Positions 33,806 through 44,745 of a stretch of DNA of 64,000 nucleotides are shown here, one piece after another (positions within the stretch are counted from its first letter, which is position 1; every line of letters starts with the position of its first letter). The notes beneath the pieces were generated by a model. That model had not been told where the DNA came from and did no database searches. It worked only from the letters and a program-made list of their open reading frames with translations. Location: the IMG/VR virus record IMGVR_UViG_3300025872_000001. One strand, written 5' to 3'. A program made the translations under genes and the position numbers. Origin of the DNA: a virus.

Positions 33806-35622
33806 ATCAAGAGATCCTTGAAAAGAAAGGATTCTTGGAAGAAAGAGAAGCTAAAATTCTTCTCTACAAATTCTTGCGTTCAAATATTTCATTTTCTTCG
33901 GAGATTATTTGTGGCGTTAAGTTGTTCCCATTTCAACATATGGCAATTAAAACCATGTTTGAAACGGATTATTCTATGATGGTGTGGAGTCGTGGACTCT
34001 CAAAGAGCTTTACCTGTGCAGTATTTGCGTCTCTCGACGCAATATTAAATCAGGGTGTGCATATCGGCATTGTTAGTAAAACATTCCGTCAGGCTAAAAT
34101 GATTTTCCGTAAGATAGAAGAAATTGCAGAAAAGCCTAACGCTGTATTTTTGAAACAATGCATAACCAAAGTTTCCAAAAGCTCAGACGAATGGACAATG
34201 GAAATTGGGCGTAGTAAAATTACTTGTTTGCCACTTGGAGACGGTGAAAAGCTGCGCGGTTTTCGTTTTCACCGCATGATGATCGATGAATTCTTGCTGA
34301 TGCCTGATCGCATTTTTAATGAAGTTATTATTCCGTTCCTTTCCGTTGTGCAAAACCCAACCGAAAGAAAACAAGTTTACGATTTAGAGACTGAACTAAT
34401 TAAGCGCGGAGAAATGAAAGAGGAAGATAGGTTTGCTTGGCCCAATAATAAGATTATTGTTCTATCCTCTGCATCTTATCAGTTTGAATACATGTATAAA
34501 CTGTACAAACAGTACGAGGATTTGATTGTCACGCCAGAAAGAAACGCTAAAGGCGCAGCGACAAGAGCTATATTGCACTTTTCTTATGATATTGCGCCTC
34601 ATGGCTTATATGATGAAAGTTTGTTGACGCAAGCTAAGGCAACGATGTCCGAATCACAATTTAAAAGAGAATTCGGCTCACAATTTGTTGACGACTCTTC
34701 TGGTTATTTCAAACTTAGTAAAATGCATGAATGTACAATTAAAGTTGGAGAGGGGCAGTCTATTGAATTGGCGGGAGAAAAGAATGCAGAATATATTTTA
34801 AGCTTTGACCCATCTTGGGCAGAAAACGAATCTTCTGACGATTTTGCAATGAACGTAATCAAACTGGATAAAACAACTCGTAAAGGAATTCTTGTACATA
34901 ATTATGCGCTTTCTGGAACAAACTTAAAAAAGCATATTGAGTATCTTCATTATTTGTTCACTCATTTTAATATTGTTGCAATGTGCGGTGACTATAACGG
35001 AGGCTTGCAGTTTATAAACGCTGCAAATGAAAGCGAACTTTTTAAAAACAATAAAATTGAAATTAAAATTTTTGAGGCAGACTTTGATACTCCAGAAACT
35101 TACCAAGATGAGTTAAGAAAAGCAAGAAATACATATAATAAAAGCACTAATAAAATTTGCTACTTACGCATTCCAACTAGCGGTTGGATAAGATACGCTA
35201 ATGAACTTCTTCAGTCTAACTTTGATCACAGAAAGATTCTTTTCGCAGCCGAAGCCGTAGATAATGATTTTACAACGCAAAAAAGCAAAAATATTCCAAT
35301 TAAAGGACTTAAGTTTATCCGAGATCAAGAAGATGGTCAAAGCGCTGAAGCAAAAATGGTTGATTTCGTTGATCATCAGGCCGATATGATTGAACTTGTT
35401 AAGGCAGAATGCTCTCTTATTATGCCCACAACAACAGCTAATGGGCATCAAAGCTTTGATTTGCCGCCAGAATTAAGAAAACAGAGTGGAGCAGAAAAAA
35501 CAAGAAAAGACTCCTATTCTTGTTTGGTCCTTGGTAATTGGATGACCAAGGTATATTTCGATATGATGGATGTAAAAGTTGAGAAAACAACTTCTACATT
35601 TGTGCCATTTTTCGCTAGGTAA
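33754..35622 (+). CDS. terL: terminase large subunit
   Basis: LFPFQ, SRGLSKSF (Walker A variant), LRGFR..RMMIDEF (Walker B), C-terminal nuclease SFDPS...DD and RKDSYS. Confidence 0.9.
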   Translation: MAWIEGNQKRKSLFRNVNQEILEKKGFLEEREAKILLYKFLRSNISFSSEIICGVKLFPFQHMAIKTMFETDYSMMVWSRGLSKSFTCAVFASLDAILNQGVHIGIVSKTFRQAKMIFRKIEEIAEKPNAVFLKQCITKVSKSSDEWTMEIGRSKITCLPLGDGEKLRGFRFHRMMIDEFLLMPDRIFNEVIIPFLSVVQNPTERKQVYDLETELIKRGEMKEEDRFAWPNNKIIVLSSASYQFEYMYKLYKQYEDLIVTPERNAKGAATRAILHFSYDIAPHGLYDESLLTQAKATMSESQFKREFGSQFVDDSSGYFKLSKMHECTIKVGEGQSIELAGEKNAEYILSFDPSWAENESSDDFAMNVIKLDKTTRKGILVHNYALSGTNLKKHIEYLHYLFTHFNIVAMCGDYNGGLQFINAANESELFKNNKIEIKIFEADFDTPETYQDELRKARNTYNKSTNKICYLRIPTSGWIRYANELLQSNFDHRKILFAAEAVDNDFTTQKSKNIPIKGLKFIRDQEDGQSAEAKMVDFVDHQADMIELVKAECSLIMPTTTANGHQSFDLPPELRKQSGAEKTRKDSYSCLVLGNWMTKVYFDMMDVKVEKTTSTFVPFFAR

Positions 35623-35676
35623 AAGTTATTGAAAGTACTTTTGATACTTTTAGTGTAACTTTTAATATATAATAAA

Positions 35677-37599
35677 ATGGCACGCCAATATAATAAAAAG
35701 TCTGATTATTGGACCAGATTTAATAAAGTTCAACCAGTTCAAGTTTCTCAGGCTTCCTATGAGCCAAAACTTCTTGGCGAACCGTTTTATAAAGAAGTTT
35801 CTCAAGCTTCTTATTCAAGATCAAAAGAAACTGGCGGTTCTACAAAAATAAAAATTCCAAGAAATGGAACTGACGTTAATGTAGGTAGATATTCTTTACT
35901 CAGCCAAGGGCTTCTACCTTATGAATATACAAAAGATGGCGTTGATGTACGCGATGCCATTATGCTTTGCCAAAAAGCTTATGCTAATGTAGCTATTGTT
36001 AGAAATACAATTGATATCGCCACAGAATTTGCAAATACAGATGTTTATCTTGAAGGCGGAACTGAGCGTAGTCGTGAGTTTTTTCAAAAATGGTTTGAAA
36101 AAATTAAACTTTGGAAACTTAAAGATCAATATTTCCGCGAATATTATCGCAGTGGTAATATTTTTCTTTATCGTATCGATGGGAAATTTAATGCAGAAGA
36201 TTTTAAGCTTCTTTCTGGTTTAAGTGAGAATGGAATCAAAAATAATAAAGTTCCATTGCGTTATATTTTGATTAATCCCTATGAAATAGTGGCAAAAATT
36301 TCTAGTTCTTTTGCCGAAGCTGTTTATGAAAAAGTTCTTTCCGAATATGAGTTGGAGCGTTTGAAAAATCCAAAGGATGATGCCGACGTTGAACTTTTAA
36401 ATGGTTTTGAGCCAGAAATCCAAAAGAAAATTAAAGATAAACAATATTTTAGAGACGGTTTGAACATGAAGCTTGATCCAAAATATTTGCTTTATTCTTT
36501 TTACAAAAAGCAAGATTACGAGCCATTCGCAGTTCCATTCGCCTATCCTGTTCTTGAAGACATTAATGCTAAAATTGAATTAAAACGCATTGATCAAGCT
36601 ATTGCCCGTACTGTAGAGAATGTAATTCTTTTAATTACAATGGGCGCAGAGCCAGATAAGGGTGGCATTAATCCTGCCAATATGGCTGCAATGCAAACTT
36701 TATTTTTAAATGAAAGTGTTGGTCGCGTATTAGTTTCTGATTATACTACAAAAGCTGATTTCGTTATTCCTGATTTAAAGAAAGTTGTTGGCAAGGAAAA
36801 ATATGAAGTTTTGAATGAAGATATCAAAGAGGGTTTGATGAATGTTATGCTTGGAAATGAAAAGTATAATGGTCAAAGCGCTAAAATTAGTTTCTTTATG
36901 GAGCGCTTGAAAGAAGCTAGAAACGCATTCCTTAATGATGTTCTTCAGCCAGAAATTATTCGCATTTCAAAAGATTTAGGATTCCGCGCTTGGCCAACCG
37001 CCAAATTTACTGAGATTGATTTGAAAGATGAAACTCAATATATGAGAACCATCAGCCGTTTGATGGAAATTGGAATTCTTACTCCAGAGCAAGGTATCGA
37101 ATCTATTAATAATGGTAAATTACCTAATGTTGCTGATCTTTCTTCTGCGCAGGAGAAATTTGTTGCTGACCGAGAGAAAGGATATTATAATCCAATCGTT
37201 GGTGGTGTACCGATGGTGCAAGGAGCGACACCAACTCCTACCGCAGCACCTAAACAATCTGGCGCTGGTAGACCTGTTGGCGCAACAGCATCAAGAAAAG
37301 ATATTCAAACTACAATTTATGAAGTAGATGCTTTTATGAAAGCTGCTGAAGATTTTGCAGCAAAGAAATTTGCTGTAGCTTCTTTAAGCGATGAACAAAA
37401 ATCAAATGTAGCGAATCTTTGCAAGAAAGTTATTGCGTCAAGTTCAAGAGAAGATTGGGTCGCGAGTGTTCAGAAATGTATGGCTAATCTTGACGAAATC
37501 GAAAAGCTGCAACCAATGCAGTCTGTTCTTGATACAGCTGATGAATTTTTACTTGATGAATATTCTGCGGCCATTTTGCATCATTCTGCTGTAAAATAA
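35677..37599 (+). CDS. portal protein
   Basis: 640 aa directly after TerL; REYYRSGNIF, PFA.PVLEDI portal-like segments. Confidence 0.8.
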   Translation: MARQYNKKSDYWTRFNKVQPVQVSQASYEPKLLGEPFYKEVSQASYSRSKETGGSTKIKIPRNGTDVNVGRYSLLSQGLLPYEYTKDGVDVRDAIMLCQKAYANVAIVRNTIDIATEFANTDVYLEGGTERSREFFQKWFEKIKLWKLKDQYFREYYRSGNIFLYRIDGKFNAEDFKLLSGLSENGIKNNKVPLRYILINPYEIVAKISSSFAEAVYEKVLSEYELERLKNPKDDADVELLNGFEPEIQKKIKDKQYFRDGLNMKLDPKYLLYSFYKKQDYEPFAVPFAYPVLEDINAKIELKRIDQAIARTVENVILLITMGAEPDKGGINPANMAAMQTLFLNESVGRVLVSDYTTKADFVIPDLKKVVGKEKYEVLNEDIKEGLMNVMLGNEKYNGQSAKISFFMERLKEARNAFLNDVLQPEIIRISKDLGFRAWPTAKFTEIDLKDETQYMRTISRLMEIGILTPEQGIESINNGKLPNVADLSSAQEKFVADREKGYYNPIVGGVPMVQGATPTPTAAPKQSGAGRPVGATASRKDIQTTIYEVDAFMKAAEDFAAKKFAVASLSDEQKSNVANLCKKVIASSSREDWVASVQKCMANLDEIEKLQPMQSVLDTADEFLLDEYSAAILHHSAVK

Positions 37600-37602
37600 A
37601 AT

Positions 37603-39186
37603 ATGGCATTCAAGTATAGCACGATTTTGGACAATGTTGCTGTCGCTTGTTATGGTATTTCGGATGAACGCTTCAAAGTATCCAAAGCCTCTTTGGACGA
37701 GCTTAAAAAGCTTTCTCCAAAAATAGATTTTGAAGATAATCCCGATCTTCTTGGAGTTTCTTTTAATCTTGCGGTTCCGAATATGATCAATAATAATGGA
37801 GACGGTATTTCTGGCGCTACCGCATCAAAAATTGCAAAGCGCTTTATGAATAAATATCTTAATATTGAGCACAACAAAGAACGTGTCGTTGGCCATATTA
37901 CAAATTATTCTTTCAATAGAATTTCCGATAACAAATTTTTGACAGAAGAAGAAGTTGGTAAAAGTCTTGATCCTGTTTATTTATCAGTTGCTGGCGTTAT
38001 TTACAAAACTGTTGATAAAAAATTTACATCGCTGATGTTGAGAAATTCTGACCCAAAAGATTCTTTTTATAATTCAATTTCTGCAAGCTGGGAAATTGGT
38101 TTCAGCAATTATTATTTAGCGGTTGGTAGTCAATCTTTAAAAGAGGCTGATATTATTACTGATCCAAAGCAAATTGAAGAGTTTGCTCCATTTTTAAAAG
38201 CAAAAGGTGGCTCCGGTAAATTAAAAGATGGGACTCCAGTTTATAGATTAATAGTTGGAGAAATTTATCCTTTAGGTGGTGGATTTACTACAAATCCAGC
38301 TGCGCAAGTCAATGGCGTTGTAGCATTTGAAGATGCTCCGTCATTCTCATTACAAGAGGACGAAAACAAAAATGAAGAGGTGGAAGCGACTGAAAATTGC
38401 ATCGAAGAAGTTCAAGCGTTTTTGTCGAATAAAAAATCAAATTCCATTTTAGAGAGAAAAAATGTAAAAACAATAAACCATATGGACTTAGAAAAACTTA
38501 TCACAGAGTTAAAGTCTGCTCTTCTTGAGAAAAAGTTTGGTGAAGAGGCTGTCGCTTCAATGACCAGCCATTTCGCTGAAGCCATCAAACAAAAAGACGC
38601 AGAGTATCGCGACTCCATTGCAGCCGAGAAGGCCGCTAAGGACAAAGCCGAGAAGCTTTACAATGAGACAGTCGCTTCAGTAGAATCAATGAAGGCAGAA
38701 CTTGCCAAAACACAAGAAGAGCTTAATAAGATTAAAGAAGCAAAAGCCCAAGAAGAGGCCGTTGCTCGTCTTAATGCTCGCGTTGGTGAACTTGATGCCG
38801 CTTATGATCTCAGCGACGAAGATCGCAAATTGATCATTGGTGAGGTTCAAGCTCTTCAGACTACCGAAGAGGCATTTGCTTCTTATAAAGAGAAGTTCTC
38901 TGCCGTTTGGAAGCATAAGAACAAAGAGTTTATCAAAGCTCAAGCCGCCGAGATTGAAAAGAAAATCTCCGAGCAGGTTGAAGCTCGTCTCAAAGAAGTC
39001 AGCAAAGCTTCTGCAACCCCCGAAGTAAAAGTCGAGGAACAGAAGGCTGACGTTGCTGCTGCGCTTGAAAACGCAACGGCTACCAACAAAGCTCCTGACA
39101 GCAAGGTTGCTGTTGAGCAGTCTTTCCGTGAGAAGTTCGCCAAAGCGTTCTCTCGCGAAAATATTAGCGTAAGCTATTCTAAATAA
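37603..39186 (+). CDS. prohead protease fused to scaffold-like coiled coil
   Basis: NNNGDG, LNIEH...VVGHI, SASWEIGF, FTTNPAA motifs; long C-terminal coiled coil. Confidence 0.75.
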   Translation: MAFKYSTILDNVAVACYGISDERFKVSKASLDELKKLSPKIDFEDNPDLLGVSFNLAVPNMINNNGDGISGATASKIAKRFMNKYLNIEHNKERVVGHITNYSFNRISDNKFLTEEEVGKSLDPVYLSVAGVIYKTVDKKFTSLMLRNSDPKDSFYNSISASWEIGFSNYYLAVGSQSLKEADIITDPKQIEEFAPFLKAKGGSGKLKDGTPVYRLIVGEIYPLGGGFTTNPAAQVNGVVAFEDAPSFSLQEDENKNEEVEATENCIEEVQAFLSNKKSNSILERKNVKTINHMDLEKLITELKSALLEKKFGEEAVASMTSHFAEAIKQKDAEYRDSIAAEKAAKDKAEKLYNETVASVESMKAELAKTQEELNKIKEAKAQEEAVARLNARVGELDAAYDLSDEDRKLIIGEVQALQTTEEAFASYKEKFSAVWKHKNKEFIKAQAAEIEKKISEQVEARLKEVSKASATPEVKVEEQKADVAAALENATATNKAPDSKVAVEQSFREKFAKAFSRENISVSYSK

Positions 39187-39223
39187 TAATAATTAACTGT
39201 AAACAACTCAAAGGACAACTATT

Positions 39224-39844
39224 ATGGCTAATCGTCTCCTACCATTCCGTCAATATAACGAGAATGATGTGGTAAACATGTACGCTCTCGTTGACGAAGC
39301 TGTCAACGAAAACGTAACCGGCGTTGGAACTGGTGACGCAGGGGTATTTGTCAAAGTTTCCGCTGGCAACTTTGACCTTGACCCTGTTTCATACTCTTCC
39401 GACTCTTATCTCGGCAAGACCGACTTCCCCCATGTCGGTGTTAACCAATATCCAAAGGTAAACCTCAAGATCACCCCTGCTGCCTCGGGTGACTTGACCA
39501 ACTGCCTTGGTCTCACTCTCCGTCAGACTGCAAAGTACGACGAGAATGGTGAAAAACTTCTCTATTATCGCCAAAAAGCTGAAGAGCTGATGTGCGTACT
39601 GCCCGGCCAAGCCGTTCCAGTCGCTACTCGCGGCATCTTCACTCTTGGATCTGCGGCTATCGACGGTACTCTTACCGTTGGCTCAGGCTTCAAGCTTTCC
39701 GCCAATGGTGGTAAAGTTACCGGCTGCGCCCACAGTGATGCTGGCAAACTCGGCATCGTTCTCGGCACAGGTTCACGCACCGCACTCACAAGCGTTTCTG
39801 ACGCTTATGCGGGCAACTTCGCAGTAGTAGGTCTGCGCATGTAA
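39224..39844 (+). CDS. capsid decoration/cement protein
   Basis: between scaffold and MCP; PGQAVPVATRG motif; strongly biased codons. Confidence 0.65.
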   Translation: MANRLLPFRQYNENDVVNMYALVDEAVNENVTGVGTGDAGVFVKVSAGNFDLDPVSYSSDSYLGKTDFPHVGVNQYPKVNLKITPAASGDLTNCLGLTLRQTAKYDENGEKLLYYRQKAEELMCVLPGQAVPVATRGIFTLGSAAIDGTLTVGSGFKLSANGGKVTGCAHSDAGKLGIVLGTGSRTALTSVSDAYAGNFAVVGLRM

Positions 39845-39864
39845 TAAGAAAGGAAACAACTTAA

Positions 39865-41004
39865 ATGAAAATCACATTAAAGCGCACCCCAGAACAGATT
39901 GAGCTTATCAAAGCAATGGCTAGCCGCAATCGCACTGTTGCTTATGATGCTCAAGTCGCACTCGCTGAGTTCATCGGACCCGTTCTCGCAGAGGTTATCA
40001 ACAATGCTCCCACACTGAGCAACTTGTTCACAAGCCTCTCCTATAACGCTGATGATAATCCCAGCATTCCTCTTGACCTGTACTACGACGTAACTGACGA
40101 GGACTACATCACTGTATACTCGCAGTCCGTAGCTGGTGGTCTTCCCACCAATCAGGTTCTTCCCACAGTCTCAGAGATGAAGCTGACAACTTATTCGTTG
40201 GACAGCGCCCTCTCCTTTGACCGCCGTTACGCTGCCAAGCATCGTATGGATGTCGTCGCCAAAACCTTCACCCGTATGGCTCAGGAAATCCTGCTCAAGC
40301 AGGAGCGCACCTCTGCCACACTGGCAATGACTGCTCTGGCTAACGCCTCCACAAACGGTAAGAAACATATCCAGCGCTCAAATACCTCTGGACGTTTCCT
40401 TCTTGCCGATTTGAACGAACTGCTCACACTCGCAAAGCGCATTAACACATCATGGGCCAAAGGCACACCCGCTACTGGTTCGCGTGTTGGTGTAACTGAT
40501 CTTCTGGTTTCTCCAGAGATTGTTGAGCAGATTCGCGCTATGGCTTATAACCCCATCAACACTGTTGCTGGAGTTACAGCTTCTGGCGGCACAGGCTCAA
40601 CAGTTGGTATCACCGCTACTGATGAGATGCGCAGCGCCATTTATGGTGCCGCTGGCATTCCCAGCTTCTACGGTGTTTCCATCCTTGAGTTCAGCGAGCT
40701 TGGAAAAGGTCAGAAATTCAACACAATCTTCGGCACAGCCGCTGGCGCTACAGCTTACACAAAAGCTGATGGCACAGGCTCTAACGGTTTCACCGCCGCT
40801 TCTGAAGAAATCATCGTAGGTATTGATCGCACTCGCGATTCACTCCTCCGTGTTGTAGCAACTGATCCAGATTCCAATTCGGAATTCTCGCTGGTCGCTG
40901 ATGATCAATACAGCATCCGTCAGAACAAGATTGGCTACTTCGGCTCCCTTGAGGAAGGTCGCGTAGTTCTTGATGTTCGCGCTCTGCTCGGCAAGATCGT
41001 CTAA
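39865..41004 (+). CDS. major capsid protein
   Basis: 379 aa; position after protease and decoration genes; highly biased codons; strong terminator follows. Confidence 0.8.
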   Translation: MKITLKRTPEQIELIKAMASRNRTVAYDAQVALAEFIGPVLAEVINNAPTLSNLFTSLSYNADDNPSIPLDLYYDVTDEDYITVYSQSVAGGLPTNQVLPTVSEMKLTTYSLDSALSFDRRYAAKHRMDVVAKTFTRMAQEILLKQERTSATLAMTALANASTNGKKHIQRSNTSGRFLLADLNELLTLAKRINTSWAKGTPATGSRVGVTDLLVSPEIVEQIRAMAYNPINTVAGVTASGGTGSTVGITATDEMRSAIYGAAGIPSFYGVSILEFSELGKGQKFNTIFGTAAGATAYTKADGTGSNGFTAASEEIIVGIDRTRDSLLRVVATDPDSNSEFSLVADDQYSIRQNKIGYFGSLEEGRVVLDVRALLGKIV

Positions 41005-41020
41005 GGTTTAAAAACCTGTT

Positions 41021-41051
41021 AAAAACCCGCCTCGAAAGGGGCGGGTTTTTT
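41021..41051 (+). terminator. rho-independent terminator
   Basis: AAAACCCGCC-TCGAAAG-GGCGGGTTTTTT. Confidence 0.85.
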
Positions 41052-41099
41052 ATTTCATTTAAATCATTGAAATGTGTAAATGTTACGATAGTATTTAGT

Positions 41100-41495
41100 A
41101 TGGAAATCTCAACTGGACAGTCTACTGAAGTCAGCAAAGCTAGTCTGTTAGATCAGCTTAATTCTATCGCGGATAAAAATTCATCCGAATATCGCTCAAA
41201 AGTAAGAGAGTTAGAAGTAGTTCTTGGCATTAAAGAAGTTAATATTTTTGGCACAGCTAATCGTAAAATTTTTGAAGAAGATATTGATAATATGTCGCAG
41301 TTACAGTTGCAAGATTTTGCACGAAAACTCAAGATAGATGGGTCAGGCACTATGGCCGCTATCAAAACCCGTCTTTTACGTCAATTTGATACTCAGAATG
41401 TGCAGTCCAGAGGATATTTCTCCCCTCAACCACAACAAAAAGAGATGTTCTCAAAAGAGCAAAAAGAAAAGCTCACTAAAATTTTAAATGGCTAA
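41100..41495 (+). CDS. hypothetical late protein
   Basis: GTGTAA upstream; ATG at 41100. Confidence 0.65.
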   Translation: MEISTGQSTEVSKASLLDQLNSIADKNSSEYRSKVRELEVVLGIKEVNIFGTANRKIFEEDIDNMSQLQLQDFARKLKIDGSGTMAAIKTRLLRQFDTQNVQSRGYFSPQPQQKEMFSKEQKEKLTKILNG

Positions 41496-41982
41496 TTTAT
41501 TTCAAGTCGCAAGTGGCATTTTTTTCTACGAATTTGACGCTGATACCTCAGAGGTAAATCTCAGTTCAATTTCTGGCTGGATGGAGGCTAATCTAGGAGA
41601 GTTAAATAATTTAATTTATACTGATCTTAGTGGCGCAGCGGCAGAATTGACTCAAGAGCAAGCGAATATTTATAAGCATTTATATTTAGGTCATTATTAT
41701 AAGAAAAAGTCTAGAAATGCCATTAAAGCTGCGGCTGGTGGATCTGGCAGTGCTATTATTTCGATCCGAGATGAAGATAGTTCCGTAACATTCGTCAATA
41801 GCAACGAAATTAGCAAACAATTTCGTCAAATGTCCAAAGATAATTTTGATGAGCTTAATCGTCTTGTAGCATCTTATAATTCATATCAAGCTGCGCCATT
41901 ACAGGTTGGTGCGAAAAATATGCTTAATGACGTATTAACTTTGACTGGCACAGGATTTTATAATACTTATGTGAGAGGCTAA
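41488..41982 (+). CDS. putative head completion/adaptor protein
   Basis: position after MCP; helical with a beta hairpin. Confidence 0.5.
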   Translation: MANLFQVASGIFFYEFDADTSEVNLSSISGWMEANLGELNNLIYTDLSGAAAELTQEQANIYKHLYLGHYYKKKSRNAIKAAAGGSGSAIISIRDEDSSVTFVNSNEISKQFRQMSKDNFDELNRLVASYNSYQAAPLQVGAKNMLNDVLTLTGTGFYNTYVRG

Positions 41983-42055
41983 AAGCCTAAAATAATTGTT
42001 TTTAAGAGCATCTTTACGGTGCGCTTTTTGTGTAAATTGATTAGTAGCCACCATC

Positions 42056-42397
42056 ATGTCCGCATCAACATATAATCTTTCTATTGAAAGAAATACGGAT
42101 TTCTCAATAACATTAGTATTAAAAGACAGCAACGGTAGTGTAATTGATGTCACTAATGCAACTATAGATGCTGAAATAAAGCAAGATTATTATTTTCCAA
42201 CAATACAGACTTTTACTGTTACAAAAACTTCTCCCGCTTCTGGTCAAATTACTCTTTCTTTGACTGCCGCTCAAACTGCTGTTCTTCATCCTGGTCCTTT
42301 AAAATATGATGTGCTGGTTAAGTATCAAAATAATACCTTTCAAAAAATTATGAAGGGTACGGTATATGTTGATACAAACATAACCACATTATCATAA
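42056..42397 (+). CDS. virion structural protein (BppU-like Ig fold)
   Basis: YNLSIE..TDF...GQITLSLTAAQT..L....YDV...I.KG.V pattern. Confidence 0.65.
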   Translation: MSASTYNLSIERNTDFSITLVLKDSNGSVIDVTNATIDAEIKQDYYFPTIQTFTVTKTSPASGQITLSLTAAQTAVLHPGPLKYDVLVKYQNNTFQKIMKGTVYVDTNITTLS

Positions 42398-42398
42398 A

Positions 42399-43118
42399 AT
42401 GCCAGACGTAGTAGAAATTATAGTTTCGGGAATTCAATCACCAACAGAAGTTATTGTTTCTGGTGCTGAAGGTCCAGTATCTTTAATTGAAACTGATCAA
42501 TTATTGCATAATTCTTCGCCTGACTTACAAGGTGGAACGAGTGGAGAGTATTTCCATTTAACAAGTGGCCAATATTCATTTGTTACAGGCCTGTGGGAAG
42601 ATAAAATTGACCCAAGCAATAATGTAATATTTGAAAAAAATCTAACTGTAAGCGGAACAGTTTTACAAGGCTCTGGATATAATAATTATCTTACTGGTTT
42701 GCGAGTAATGTCAGATGGAAATTTCTCTACTGATGGAGACGCTCAAGTTTCAGAGTTTATTTTAAAAAGAGAAACCGCAAACGACTCGCTGCAAGAATTG
42801 CAGTTCGCAAATACTACTAAAAAATTGTCTTTGCCAGATAATTCTTCTTGGTATTTTAAATTAAGAGTTATAGCTAAGGACACTAACAACAATACAGCTA
42901 TTTTTAATTCAGATGGAGGTATCAAAAAAGGCGCAAGCGCTGGCTTTACGCAAATAGTAGGAAACTTGCAAACTATCCGTTTTGCAGATGAGATTGGGTG
43001 CAGCGGCATAGCTATTTCAGCGGATACTTCCTATGGCTACTTAAAAATACAAGTAGCAGGAAAAACCGACACAACTATACGTTGGGTCGGTTATTTAAAT
43101 TTAACAGAAGTAAGATAA
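42399..43118 (+). CDS. tail-associated structural protein
   Basis: LQGGTSGEYFHLT motif; C-terminal domain shared with 43152-44705 (LK.QV.G....TI.W). Confidence 0.65.
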   Translation: MPDVVEIIVSGIQSPTEVIVSGAEGPVSLIETDQLLHNSSPDLQGGTSGEYFHLTSGQYSFVTGLWEDKIDPSNNVIFEKNLTVSGTVLQGSGYNNYLTGLRVMSDGNFSTDGDAQVSEFILKRETANDSLQELQFANTTKKLSLPDNSSWYFKLRVIAKDTNNNTAIFNSDGGIKKGASAGFTQIVGNLQTIRFADEIGCSGIAISADTSYGYLKIQVAGKTDTTIRWVGYLNLTEVR

Positions 43119-43151
43119 ATCGTGTAAATTATATAACCGGAGAAAAATAAA

Positions 43152-44705
43152 ATGGCAATTTATTATACAGGAATACAAATCGGCAATCAAATCAATTTCA
43201 CTACTGGCGATGCGTCAGTAGTTGCCGCTGATGTTAAGCAGCACTTTATTGAACAAAGTGTTACTGGTAATACAACTGGAACTGTTCCAAGCAATAAAGC
43301 CGTTTTTGATTTTGGCACAGGTCTCTCTGGTTATCTTTACGTTAACGCTGGTGGACTATATCAAATTTCAGCATTATCTACTGGAACCGATATTGCCGCA
43401 ATTAATTTAACAGGTAGAGTAAGCGGCACTTCGTTCATTGATAGTGTAACAATTTCGGGTGGCGCGGCATTAGATCTTTCAGTTTCAAATGATGCGATTG
43501 TACTTTCGCACACTGATACATCAAGCGTTGCAGATCTTACAGTAAATGCCCTTGCAGGTTCAGCGATCACAGGAATTGCTTTTACTTATGATACATACGG
43601 TCACGTTTTAACTGCTACTGGAACAACAGCCGTCATTGTTCGTGATCAAATTGCAAGCGGAGTAACAACTACTGCTCCTAGCGAAAATGCCGTTTACGGT
43701 CTCTCTGGAATGCTGAGACCTCTTATTGATCAAGCTCTTGGCAGAGATTTACAAAGCGTAACAAACAGTGGAAATAGCACTACAAATGGAATTAATATTG
43801 GCGGCGATCTGGTTGTAAGCGGTAATACAATTCTTGGTAGTGACGCATCTGATTCAGTAACAGTAAAATCTGGTCCAGTTATTTTGGAAGCAGCAACAAG
43901 TTCTGCTGATGCTCTTATTTTTGGTCTTAATGATGCGAATAAAGTTTCAGTTTATAAATCAGACCCAACAGTTTTAAGAATTGATGGCGGACTCATTATC
44001 ACTGGAAATCTTACTGTACAAGGCACAACAACAACAATTGACAGTAATACAGTTTCGGTTGGTGATAGTATAGTTCTTCTCAATGGAGATTATACTGGAT
44101 CTGCTCCTAGTGAAAATGCTGGCGTCGAAGTTGAGCGTGGAACACAGACTAATACAGCTTTACTATGGAACGAAGGAACTGATCGTTGGACATTTACTAA
44201 CGACGGTACAGTTTATTATAATATTCCGGTAACATCAGAATTAACTCTTGATGCGACAACCACAAATGGAGCATCAACAGCAAACGACATTACGATTGGA
44301 GGATTGACTGTTTCTGGATCTGCTCAGGCAAAAAGTGATCATCTTGTAGTATATTGCACAACCACAGATAACACTACTACAGAAATGTTTTTAAATGGCA
44401 CTAATGGTAGAATTACATTAGCTTCAAATTCTGCCGTATCTTTTAAGGGTCAAATAACAGCTTTTGATCTTGTAAATCAAAAAGCAGCTTCTTGGAATTA
44501 TGATTGTTTGGTCGCTAATAAGGCTGGAAATTCTGCAATTGTTGGCTATGCGCATGTGACAAAAATTGGCGATGATTCTAATAATGTTTGGGAAGTTTAT
44601 GTTGATGCCGATAATACTTTTGATTCCTTAAAATTGCAAGTAAAAGGTCAAGCGTCAGCGACTATTAAATGGACAGCAAGTGTAATTAGCACTGTTGTAG
44701 TTTAA
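43152..44705 (+). CDS. tail fibre-related protein
   Basis: DTYGHV, LQSVTNSG, GNLTVQGTTTTIDS...GVEVERG fibre motifs. Confidence 0.75.
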   Translation: MAIYYTGIQIGNQINFTTGDASVVAADVKQHFIEQSVTGNTTGTVPSNKAVFDFGTGLSGYLYVNAGGLYQISALSTGTDIAAINLTGRVSGTSFIDSVTISGGAALDLSVSNDAIVLSHTDTSSVADLTVNALAGSAITGIAFTYDTYGHVLTATGTTAVIVRDQIASGVTTTAPSENAVYGLSGMLRPLIDQALGRDLQSVTNSGNSTTNGINIGGDLVVSGNTILGSDASDSVTVKSGPVILEAATSSADALIFGLNDANKVSVYKSDPTVLRIDGGLIITGNLTVQGTTTTIDSNTVSVGDSIVLLNGDYTGSAPSENAGVEVERGTQTNTALLWNEGTDRWTFTNDGTVYYNIPVTSELTLDATTTNGASTANDITIGGLTVSGSAQAKSDHLVVYCTTTDNTTTEMFLNGTNGRITLASNSAVSFKGQITAFDLVNQKAASWNYDCLVANKAGNSAIVGYAHVTKIGDDSNNVWEVYVDADNTFDSLKLQVKGQASATIKWTASVISTVVV

Positions 44706-44745
44706 TGGTTGAATGACGGATTAAAAAATTTAATATAAAAGGAAT